IMG/VR virus record: IMGVR_UViG_2713896907_000008
Span: 1-33,825 of that record
From: a virus
Taxonomy: Duplodnaviria > Heunggongvirae > Uroviricota > Caudoviricetes
DNA length: 33,825 nucleotides
Strand: one strand, 5' to 3'
Under the pieces are notes generated by a model. It did not search any database, had not been told where the DNA came from, and worked only from the letters and a program-made list of their open reading frames with translations. The translations under genes and the position numbers were made by a program. Below, one piece after another: positions 18,955 through 27,187 of the stretch (position 1 is the first letter of the stretch; the number at the start of each line of letters is the position of its first letter).

Positions 18955-19605
18955 TCAGCGGCTGTCATTGCGCAGTCTGCGCTCCAGCTGCTGTTTGTCT
19001 TTTTTCACGCCACAGCGGGGATCGAGCTGTAACGCATGGTTGAGATGATTAAGGGCGGAAGCCGGGTTGCTTTCACTCAGGACAGCGCCAATCGCTTTAT
19101 GCAGACGCGCCCGTGACTGGTCCGGCATATCCAGACCGTCTGTCAGCTCCAGCGTCTGCAGCAACAGATCGGCATCAAAGCCGGTGGCGGCAAGCATTGC
19201 GCTCTGCGCCGCGTCTGCCATTTCCTCTGCCAGCACGGTCTGCACATTGCGATTACCCAGCGGCATCACCCAGCCATGACGCAGGGCATGACGCCCGATC
19301 TCCAGCGCCCCGTCATAATCTCCGGCATCAATGCGCCACAGCATCACGTACATCAGCACGTCATCCTGTTGAGCGCCTCCGGCAGCCAGGACACCCTCTG
19401 CCCAAGCGACGTATTTCGGCAGCAGCTCCACCTTGATTTCCGCTTTTTTGACCGTGGACTGAACGCCCTTGAGACGGCGGCGGTCTTCCGCCAGTTGCAG
19501 CAGCATCAGGTCATAGCCCGACGCGTGGCGAACACTGCCGCCCTCGCGGGCGGCCTGTTCAGCCTGAACGCGCAGGCGATGCTGCCGTGCGGGACTCAGG
19601 CTCAT
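18955..19605 (-). CDS. M: terminase small subunit M
   Basis: 216-aa ORF, P2 order between N and L. Confidence 0.75.
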   Translation of the reverse strand: MSLSPARQHRLRVQAEQAAREGGSVRHASGYDLMLLQLAEDRRRLKGVQSTVKKAEIKVELLPKYVAWAEGVLAAGGAQQDDVLMYVMLWRIDAGDYDGALEIGRHALRHGWVMPLGNRNVQTVLAEEMADAAQSAMLAATGFDADLLLQTLELTDGLDMPDQSRARLHKAIGAVLSESNPASALNHLNHALQLDPRCGVKKDKQQLERRLRNDSR

Positions 19606-19608
19606 GGA

Positions 19609-20667
19609 TTACGCTCCGGTTTCTGCTGCGGCGGCGCTGAAGTCGCCAATCTGGATGTTTTCCACCAGTGCGGCGCAGCGGTAGTCCTCAACCACATAGG
19701 CTTCGTTAACGGATTCAAAGTTTTCAATCCGGTCACGTTTCGGGTTGTCGATAACTGAACGGCGGCGAGTGTCTTCCTGCCAGTAGATGGACAGGTTATC
19801 CAGACGGGTGATCAGCAGCGCATTCGGCGGGAAGAACGGCGCACGCACGGCCTGCAGGCCACCCATGCGTTTCTGGCTGATGATCATATCTGCAGCCAGT
19901 TTTTCACTGTTCTCCTGCTCTTTGTTGACCAGCGGGAAATACTTGTCAGACAACAGTTCACGACCGCAAATCACCACCAGATCGTCATCGTCCTGGTAAA
20001 CCACGTCGATAAGCTCATTAACGGCATCCATCACCACGGCGTCCAGGTTGGCATATTCGCCACCTTTACCGACTTTCACCGCGCCCGGTGTGGTTTCACC
20101 GCCCGTGGTGGTGCTGCCCATGACGTGATCCGGTGCATCCTCACGGATTTTCTGTAGCCAGCCTTTATTCACATCCTGCAGCAGCGGGTTTTCGCTGCGG
20201 TTGGAGGTTTTCGCACGCTTCACGCCGTTAAAGCCGATCATGATGCGGTCCAGTGCCTGACGTTTCACGATGGCGTCACGGATACGCACCTGGAAATCCT
20301 GAAACTTCGCCCACAGGTCCAGCTTCGCGTAGGTCAGCACCGTGTCAAAGTTGGTCTGCTCGCATTTATATTCCACATCGACCATCAGCGTCGGATCGAC
20401 AGGCTCACGCTCTTTTGCGGTGGTATCAGTGGTTCCGGCAATGGTGCTGCCAACACCCAGCCCCAGCAACTGACCAGACTGCTCAGTCACTGGCGTGACG
20501 TTAATCAGCGTCAGGAATGCGGCGGATTGCTGGATCTGGTCTTCCAGCGTCTGCTGCACAGACGGCTCTACAGTAAACTTGCTGGACAGTTCTTCAACTG
20601 CCACACCGTTCAGACGCGCCAGCTGCTGCAGGTAAGCGTTAAAAGCAAAGCGGGTATTCTTCTTCAT
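19609..20667 (-). CDS. N: major capsid protein N
   Basis: 352-aa ORF, P2 order and size. Confidence 0.85.
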   Translation of the reverse strand: MKKNTRFAFNAYLQQLARLNGVAVEELSSKFTVEPSVQQTLEDQIQQSAAFLTLINVTPVTEQSGQLLGLGVGSTIAGTTDTTAKEREPVDPTLMVDVEYKCEQTNFDTVLTYAKLDLWAKFQDFQVRIRDAIVKRQALDRIMIGFNGVKRAKTSNRSENPLLQDVNKGWLQKIREDAPDHVMGSTTTGGETTPGAVKVGKGGEYANLDAVVMDAVNELIDVVYQDDDDLVVICGRELLSDKYFPLVNKEQENSEKLAADMIISQKRMGGLQAVRAPFFPPNALLITRLDNLSIYWQEDTRRRSVIDNPKRDRIENFESVNEAYVVEDYRCAALVENIQIGDFSAAAAETGA

Positions 20668-20683
20668 CAGGTTTTGTGCTCCA

Positions 20684-21517
20684 TCAGCAATTGGTCAGAG
20701 TGTCAGCGGGGGCGTTACCGCCTGTTGCACGCTGGCGGTAGTCCTGGCGGCTGTCTTCATGGCTCAGCTTGTCCACCAGTTCGTTAAAGGCGGTCTGCTG
20801 TGCCTGCAGAGCAGTCTCCAGCTCAGACAGGCGTTCTTCCTGCTCAGACAGGGATTTTTCGGTGCGCGCACTCAGGTTCTGCTGCTCAGTGGCAACCAGT
20901 TCCACGGCCTTATGCACATCAGAGAACCGGGCGTCATCGGACTGCTCTTTTTTGGTGAACAGCGCCGTGACGCGGGAAAACAGGGACGATTTGTCATCCT
21001 GGATTTCTTCCAGCTCGATCACCGTTTCCTCTGCAGCAGTAAAAAGATTGGCGGGATTCTGCTTGCGGTTTGCCAGCGGGTTATGGGCTGCACTGGCGCT
21101 GAATGTCAGCATTTCCGTACCCAGACTGGCAGGGTCATCAGTGGCAGCCAAGCCGACCAGGTAGGCTTTGCCCGTATCAGCGAACTTCGGGCTGACTTCC
21201 ATAGAGGTGAATAATTTCTGGCCTTTTTTCACCAGCTCCACCAGGGACTCCGTTGGCTCAACGTCGGCATACAGTGCCATCTTGCCCGCCAGCGGACCCT
21301 CCGTGATTTCTTCAGCAAACAGCGCCGTCACCTTGCCGTAGCGGTTAAAGGTGCTGTCCGGCAGATAAGACTTGATGTGCTCAAGGTTAATCAGCGCGGT
21401 ATACACCGCCGGGTTGTAGCTGGCTGCCATCTGTTCCAGCCATTCACGCTGGATTTCGCGTCCGTCGGTGGTGGCACCTTCCACCCCGATGCGAAAACGC
21501 TTTACTTTCACTGTCAT
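20684..21517 (-). CDS. O: capsid scaffolding protein O
   Basis: 277-aa ORF with a coiled-coil C-terminal half, P2 order. Confidence 0.8.
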   Translation of the reverse strand: MTVKVKRFRIGVEGATTDGREIQREWLEQMAASYNPAVYTALINLEHIKSYLPDSTFNRYGKVTALFAEEITEGPLAGKMALYADVEPTESLVELVKKGQKLFTSMEVSPKFADTGKAYLVGLAATDDPASLGTEMLTFSASAAHNPLANRKQNPANLFTAAEETVIELEEIQDDKSSLFSRVTALFTKKEQSDDARFSDVHKAVELVATEQQNLSARTEKSLSEQEERLSELETALQAQQTAFNELVDKLSHEDSRQDYRQRATGGNAPADTLTNC

Positions 21518-21595
21518 GAGCCGTGCTCCGTTAGAAAAAACTTACTGGAGCCTTATGGTTGCGGTGATGGGGGCAGTGAAACAATGCGCGGTATT

Positions 21596-21613
21596 TGTAT
21601 CGACAACCACACA
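21596..21613. promoter_or_regulatory. TGT-N12-ACA dyad in the divergent P/O intergenic region
   Basis: TGTATCGACAACCACACA, 47 bp upstream of the P start; whether it serves P, O or both is unresolved. Confidence 0.45.
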
Positions 21614-21659
21614 AACCGCAGGCGGGGAAAGCCTTCATTCAAGGCTGTAGGTTTGTGCC

Positions 21660-23426
21660 ATGAACACCACACTGACACCCGCAGATCTCGATCCCCGTCG
21701 GCAGGCCATGCTGCTGTACTTTCAGGGATACCGCGTAGCCCGCATTGCTGAAATGCTGGGCGAGAAAGTTGCAACCGTTCACAGCTGGAAAAAACGCGAC
21801 AAGTGGGGTGACTATGGGCCGCTGGATCAGATGCAGCTCACCACCGCCGCCCGCTACTGCCAGCTCATTATGAAGGAGCACAAAGAAGGGAAAGATTTCA
21901 AAGAAATTGACCTGTTGGCGCGCCAGTCGGAGCGCCACGCGCGGATCGGCAAGTTTAACAATGGCGGCAACGAAGCCGACTTAAACCCTAACGTCGCCAA
22001 CCGCAACAAGGGCCCGCGCCGTCAGCCGGAAAAGAATGTTTTCACCGATGAACAGATTGAGAAACTGGAAGAAATCTTCCATTCCTCCATGTTCAACTAC
22101 CAGCGCCACTGGTGGGAAGCCGGAAAAACCAATCGCATCCGCAACCTGCTGAAGTCTCGCCAGATCGGCGCGACCTTTTACTTTGCCCGTGAAGCCCTGA
22201 TTGACGCCCTGCTGACCGGGCGTAACCAGATTTTCCTTTCTGCCAGCAAGGCTCAGGCCCACGTCTTTAAACAGTACATCATCGACTTTGCCAAAGAAGT
22301 GGAGGTGGAGCTGAAAGGCGATCCGATGGTGCTTCCTAACGGGGCCACGCTTTACTTCCTCGGCACCAATGCCCGCACGGCCCAGAGTTACCACGGCAAC
22401 CTGTATCTGGATGAATATTTCTGGATACCGAAATTCCAGGAGCTGCGCAAAGTGGCTTCCGGTATGGCTATTCACAAAAAATGGCGACAAACCTATTTTT
22501 CCACGCCATCCAGCCTGACACACAGTGCTTATCCGTTCTGGTCCGGTGCACTGTTCAACCGTGGGCGCAACAAAGCTGACAAGGTGGACATCGACCTGTC
22601 CCACAGCAATCTGGCCCCCGGCCTGCTGTGCGCGGACGGGCAATACCGCCAGATAGTCACCGTAGAAGATGCGGTGCGCGGCGGCTGTAACCTGTTCGAC
22701 CTTGACCAGTTGCGCATGGAGTACAGCCCGGACGAATACCAGAACCTGCTGATGTGCGAGTTTGTGGACGATCTCGCGTCCGTGTTTCCGCTCAGCGAGC
22801 TGCAGGCGTGCATGGTGGACAGTTGGGAAGTCTGGACCGACTTTCATGCTCTGGCCCTGCGCCCATTTGGCTGGCGCGAAGTGTGGATCGGTTATGACCC
22901 GGCAAAAGGTACGCAGAACGGCGACAGCGCCGGATGCGTGGTGGTGGCACCGCCAGCCGTGCCAGGCGGTAAGTTTCGCATTCTTGAGCGTCACCAGTGG
23001 CGCGGGATGGACTTCCGTGCCCAGGCGGACGCAATCAAAAAACTGACCGAGCAGTACAACGTGACCTACATCGGCATCGACTCAACCGGCGTTGGTCACG
23101 GGGTTTACGAGAACGTGAAAGCGTTCTTTCCTGCCGTCCGGGAGTTTGTCTACAACCCCAACGTTAAAAACGCCCTGGTACTCAAGGCCTACGACATTAT
23201 CAGCCACCGCCGTCTGGAGTTTGACGCCGGACACACCGACATAGCGCAGTCCTTTATGGCAATCCGTCGCTCCACCACCGCCAGTGGCAACCGCCCGACC
23301 TATGAAGCCAGCCGCAGCGAAGAAGCCAGCCACGCCGATCTGGCATGGGCAACGATGCACGCACTGTTTAACGAACCGCTGCAGGGCGAATCCGCCAATA
23401 CCAGCAATATTGTGGAGATTTTTTGA
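21660..23426 (+). CDS. P: terminase large subunit (ATPase/nuclease) P
   Basis: 588-aa ORF divergent from O, P2 order and size. Confidence 0.85.
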   Translation: MNTTLTPADLDPRRQAMLLYFQGYRVARIAEMLGEKVATVHSWKKRDKWGDYGPLDQMQLTTAARYCQLIMKEHKEGKDFKEIDLLARQSERHARIGKFNNGGNEADLNPNVANRNKGPRRQPEKNVFTDEQIEKLEEIFHSSMFNYQRHWWEAGKTNRIRNLLKSRQIGATFYFAREALIDALLTGRNQIFLSASKAQAHVFKQYIIDFAKEVEVELKGDPMVLPNGATLYFLGTNARTAQSYHGNLYLDEYFWIPKFQELRKVASGMAIHKKWRQTYFSTPSSLTHSAYPFWSGALFNRGRNKADKVDIDLSHSNLAPGLLCADGQYRQIVTVEDAVRGGCNLFDLDQLRMEYSPDEYQNLLMCEFVDDLASVFPLSELQACMVDSWEVWTDFHALALRPFGWREVWIGYDPAKGTQNGDSAGCVVVAPPAVPGGKFRILERHQWRGMDFRAQADAIKKLTEQYNVTYIGIDSTGVGHGVYENVKAFFPAVREFVYNPNVKNALVLKAYDIISHRRLEFDAGHTDIAQSFMAIRRSTTASGNRPTYEASRSEEASHADLAWATMHALFNEPLQGESANTSNIVEIF

Positions 23427-24451
23427 TGGGAAAGAGTAAGAAAAACCGCGCAGCGGCGATGAATCAGATCCAGCATAAAAGCCAGACTTCAGCCGAAGCA
23501 TTCAGCTTCGGCGATCCCGTTCCTGTTCTGGACCGTCGCGAACTGCTGGACTATGTGGAATGCGTACAGATGGACCGCTGGTATGAGCCGCCTGTGAGTT
23601 TCGACGGCCTGGCGCGAACATTCCGCGCCGCCGTACACCACAGCTCACCGATTGCAGTAAAGTGCAACATTCTGACCAGCACCTATATCCCTCACCCGCT
23701 GCTCAGCCAGCAGGCTTTTTCACGTTTTGTGCAGGACTATCTGGTATTTGGTAACGCCTACCTGGAGAAACGCACGAACCGCTTCGGTGAAGTTATCGCC
23801 CTTGAACCTGCGCTGGCAAAATACACCCGACGCGGGTTAGACCTGGATACCTACTGGTTTGTGCAATACGGCATGACTACGCAGCCGTATCAGTTCACGA
23901 AAGGCAGCATCTTTCATCTGATGGAACCGGATATCAACCAAGAGATCTACGGCCTGCCCGGTTATCTTTCTGCCATTCCGTCAGCCCTGCTCAACGAGTC
24001 CGCCACGTTGTTCCGCCGTAAGTATTACATCAACGGCAGCCATGCAGGCTTCATCATGTACATGACCGATGCCGCGCAGAATCAGGAGGATGTGAACAAC
24101 CTCCGCAACGCGATGAAAAGCGCCAAAGGTCCAGGCAACTTCCGCAACCTGTTTATGTACTCACCTAACGGCAAAAAAGACGGGCTTCAGATCATCCCAT
24201 TGTCAGAAGTCGCGGCGAAGGATGAATTTCTTAACATCAAGAACGTGAGTCGGGATGACATGATGGCAGCGCACCGCGTGCCGCCGCAAATGATGGGGAT
24301 TATGCCGAATAATGTTGGGGGGTTTGGGGATGTGGAGAAGGCGAGCTGCGTCTTCGTAAGAAATGAACTATTACCACTTCAAAAAAGATTCATGGAAATA
24401 AACAGATGGCTTGGTCATGAAATTATAAATTTTGAAACATATACATTATAA
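23423..24451 (+). CDS. Q: portal protein Q
   Basis: 342-aa ORF coupled to P, P2 order and size. Confidence 0.85.
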   Translation: MMGKSKKNRAAAMNQIQHKSQTSAEAFSFGDPVPVLDRRELLDYVECVQMDRWYEPPVSFDGLARTFRAAVHHSSPIAVKCNILTSTYIPHPLLSQQAFSRFVQDYLVFGNAYLEKRTNRFGEVIALEPALAKYTRRGLDLDTYWFVQYGMTTQPYQFTKGSIFHLMEPDINQEIYGLPGYLSAIPSALLNESATLFRRKYYINGSHAGFIMYMTDAAQNQEDVNNLRNAMKSAKGPGNFRNLFMYSPNGKKDGLQIIPLSEVAAKDEFLNIKNVSRDDMMAAHRVPPQMMGIMPNNVGGFGDVEKASCVFVRNELLPLQKRFMEINRWLGHEIINFETYTL

Positions 24452-24456
24452 AACCC

Positions 24457-24479
24457 AACGGCATCACAATGATGCCGTT
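24457..24479. terminator. hairpin between convergent Q and the cargo gene
   Basis: Perfect 9-bp stem AACGGCATC / GATGCCGTT with a 5-nt loop; on the minus strand it is followed by GGGTTTTATAAT. Confidence 0.6.
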
Positions 24480-24488
24480 ATGAACGAA

Positions 24489-25550
24489 TTAATATTCAAA
24501 ATTATTTTCTTCAATAGAGAATTCAATCCCTCGGGATAACTTATCAATATTCACATCAAATTCGATATCTGTTAATTCACCATTCTCGATTTCATACATA
24601 ACTTCAATCTCAATATCGAAACTAATCTCTTGAACTTCAGTTCGTGTGGTTGACTCCATTGGAATCATTACTTTATCTTCGCTATCCCAATACCCATTAT
24701 TAAAGTCTGGACCAGAAACAGTAACTTCAAAATCTACAGGAACAGAGAAGGTCGCTAGACAATAATTATTGTTAATCTTAATTATTGATGGTTCAAAGTC
24801 ATCAATATTGACGACTTCAAATGAATCCAATTCAGCGTCTTCCCAAGTTGAAACGTTATATCCATCGGCATCATTGAGTTGGGCAATTACGTCCGCTCTT
24901 ATGTCTTCACGTTTGCTTTCGATAAACTGCATCAATTTATTACTTAATTCGTTTGTATGCGTATTGTATTCACCTAGAAACTTATCAAGTGAATCAACTT
25001 GATGAAGATTGTTTTTACCATCACAATAATTTTTTAAGTCACTATCCTCAGAAATGATATACACATCTTCATCATTAACAAATCGCTCTACCGCAGCTAA
25101 AGTGATTGCATCAGGAAACTCACTCTTTTTCTTATTTTGCCCAAATGGTGGTTCTTTGCCAAAGTATTTATCTAAAATCTCATTAAGATCTATCACTTCT
25201 ATTGGAGCTAATTTGGCGTGACATCCTTTCAAAAAATCATCAAAAACTTTTTGTGCTGCTTCGTGAATTTCATGTTCGTTAAATTGCTGAAAAAAACCAT
25301 GGAGCGGTCCATTATCAATACTATTCAAAAGCCTAGCTTTTCTTTGTACTGTGTTTATAGCCTGCAGAGCATCCTTTATTGATTCCTCTATTTTACCTTT
25401 TACTTCTCTCTCTACAACTGTAGTTGTAATTAAGACTAAATCACCTTTCGCACATAATTCATGGAAAGCTTTAAATGCTACCCCCTCAAAATGAAGACCA
25501 GCCTTTACGTACGTTTGTGTGTCAATAAATACCTTATTTGTTTTAAGCAT
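24489..25550 (-). CDS. cargo protein, 353 aa: PIN-like N-terminal domain plus acidic C-terminal domain of unknown function; candidate defence/abortive-infection nuclease
   Basis: AT-rich relative to flanking phage genes; own AGGA ribosome-binding site and terminator. Candidate PIN acidic residues: D in VFIDTQ, E in REVKGKIEE, D in EFPDAITL, D in IISEDSDL. Confidence 0.6.
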   Translation of the reverse strand: MLKTNKVFIDTQTYVKAGLHFEGVAFKAFHELCAKGDLVLITTTVVEREVKGKIEESIKDALQAINTVQRKARLLNSIDNGPLHGFFQQFNEHEIHEAAQKVFDDFLKGCHAKLAPIEVIDLNEILDKYFGKEPPFGQNKKKSEFPDAITLAAVERFVNDEDVYIISEDSDLKNYCDGKNNLHQVDSLDKFLGEYNTHTNELSNKLMQFIESKREDIRADVIAQLNDADGYNVSTWEDAELDSFEVVNIDDFEPSIIKINNNYCLATFSVPVDFEVTVSGPDFNNGYWDSEDKVMIPMESTTRTEVQEISFDIEIEVMYEIENGELTDIEFDVNIDKLSRGIEFSIEENNFEY

Positions 25551-25676
25551 ACTAATCCTAATAAGTTTTAAGGTCCGCTACAATTGTTTATGTTTATTTT
25601 TTATCAATAATCATACGTAGTTAAGATTATCCATGTCGAAAAATTAAATCAACTTCAATTTATCCTTAAGCGCGCG

Positions 25677-25695
25677 CTCGTATCCCCGCCACGCC
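25677..25695 (-). other. candidate cos cohesive-end site
   Basis: Minus strand reads GGCGTGGCGGGGATACGAG; the first 13 nt match the P2/186 cohesive end as I recall it (GGCG(A/T)GGCGGGGAAAGCA-). Confidence 0.45.
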
Positions 25696-26074
25696 TGCCC
25701 GCTTTATGCAGTGGTTTTCATGCACATGCATGACATGAGCAAAAGCCCGCCAGTTCTGGCGGATCTGAGCAAAGACGATCCTCAATCGATCATGCGATTT
25801 CATGCAGCATAGTCATGCACTGTCAAGGAAGTGAAAATCCGTATCTGAATGGCCACTTGAAAAACGGATCATACGGGTTTACAAAGATGAATGTTCGCTG
25901 TGAACGGGAAGCGGAAGTTAGCTTTCAGATAACATAATCCATATGCACGAGAACCTCTAAAATAGAATGGGACACCTAAGCGGGGTACTTACAACGATTC
26001 TTTCCATATTCACAGTTAACACTCTGTTTGGCGTATTTTTATTCAAATAGCAAACACCAATAAAAGGAGTTTCC

Positions 26075-26410
26075 ATGAACAATATTCCCCCTATACCACA
26101 GTTAGGAATTTATGTCTCAAAAATCGATCCCACCCTACGTATCACTGTAACCGATGTTGATATTGTTGATGGTGAGGATGATTCTCCTGATGATGAATTG
26201 TTTTATTTAGTCCACTGGATCGAGGGGGAAGATGAAAGTGATATGACAGCAATGGGATTTGAGCTAGACCCAGTAGAGTGGCAGGCTTTCGTTGAATCTG
26301 AGCAATTAGTGTTTGAGCGTGATCCGTACATGGATTCAATCCCCGAAAATTCAAATTTGGCAAAGATTCGGGATTTTCTCATGAAGACTAAACAGAATGA
26401 TCATTCGTAA
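26075..26410 (+). CDS. hypothetical acidic protein, 111 aa
   Basis: AAAGGAG ribosome-binding site; very Asp/Glu-rich; occupies the position of P2 old/tin between cos and the SOS genes. Confidence 0.55.
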   Translation: MNNIPPIPQLGIYVSKIDPTLRITVTDVDIVDGEDDSPDDELFYLVHWIEGEDESDMTAMGFELDPVEWQAFVESEQLVFERDPYMDSIPENSNLAKIRDFLMKTKQNDHS

Positions 26411-26602
26411 GTGTAAGCATTCATCAGGAAAATGGTTTTGTAAGTGAATCATCAACTTTTAGAGAGTCTCAGACACTCCCACTTCTGCTTCTGACACAAA
26501 GCGGACGATCACTTATCAAAATAACCGCCCACCTTACGCCTTATTTCACTCATTGCCCAAACTAGCCCCCATCAGAATGAATCCTCCTGGGGGCAACGTT
26601 TC

Positions 26603-26836
26603 TTAATGCAGCCAGCTGTCGTCCTCCCACACCTTCTGCATAATTTTCATCACTTGTTTTCTTTCTTCATCCAGTTGCAGTCCGGTTAGTTCCACACCGT
26701 TAGAGCTACCTTTGCGAATGCGAATTACCGTTTTGGGATACAGGGGGCGCAGATTGCGGTAAAGCTCGGATTCAAGGGCGTCCAGGGTAGACTGGCTAAT
26801 CTTCTGCTCTTTATCGATCATTATTTCAATGCGCAT
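26603..26836 (-). CDS. dinI: DinI-family protein
   Basis: MRIEIMIDKEQ…KIMQKVWEDDSWL matches the DinI pattern; own GAGGTG ribosome-binding site overlapping the upstream stop. Confidence 0.75.
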   Translation of the reverse strand: MRIEIMIDKEQKISQSTLDALESELYRNLRPLYPKTVIRIRKGSSNGVELTGLQLDEERKQVMKIMQKVWEDDSWLH

Positions 26837-26846
26837 AAAAGTCACC

Positions 26847-27035
26847 TCAGCTGATGACATCCATTGAGCGGTTGTATTCGTGGCTTCTGATTTTTGCCAT
26901 AAGTTCATCAGTCAATTCAGAAACCCACTGCAGAGCCAGCCCCTTCTCTTCATCACTACACTCACTAGCCGCTACAAGCTTAAGAAAAAAATCAATGCGC
27001 TGAAGCTTCAAAGACTCCAAAAAATAGTCCTGCAT
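26847..27035 (-). CDS. small protein, possibly the N-terminal part of a Tum-like antirepressor
   Basis: 62-aa ORF with an AGGAGG ribosome-binding site, about 41 bp downstream of a LexA box. Confidence 0.45.
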   Translation of the reverse strand: MQDYFLESLKLQRIDFFLKLVAASECSDEEKGLALQWVSELTDELMAKIRSHEYNRSMDVIS

Positions 27036-27075
27036 CTTTCCTCCTATGACACCAAAACAATACTGTATGCATAAC

Positions 27076-27095
27076 CACTGTTTATATTTACAGTA
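27076..27095. promoter_or_regulatory. LexA (SOS) box
   Basis: CACTGTTTATATTTACAGTA: CTGT-N8-ACAG with an AT-rich spacer, upstream of the minus-strand 62-aa/DinI pair. Confidence 0.7.
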
Positions 27096-27187
27096 TATAA
27101 TAATCTTACTGATGTAAAACGTTTTTTTACGTTCATCGGCCTGATATGCCTGGTATTATTAAGAGCACGAATTGTTAACCCGCGTAA

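Noticed and set aside
21981-22994. 337-aa ORF antisense to the terminase large subunit gene
   Set aside because: Fully inside gene P on the opposite strand, Arg/His/Gly-rich, no ribosome-binding site or family resemblance; typical GC-rich antisense frame.
25838-25869. Inverted repeat ATCCGT … ACGGAT in the cos-proximal intergenic region
   Set aside because: Short stem and long loop; may be a protein-binding site near cos but cannot be told from chance by eye.
26560-26591. Possible terminator hairpin (CCCCCA … TGGGGG) after the DinI-like gene
   Set aside because: Only a 6-bp stem with a 20-nt loop and no clear T-run on either strand.
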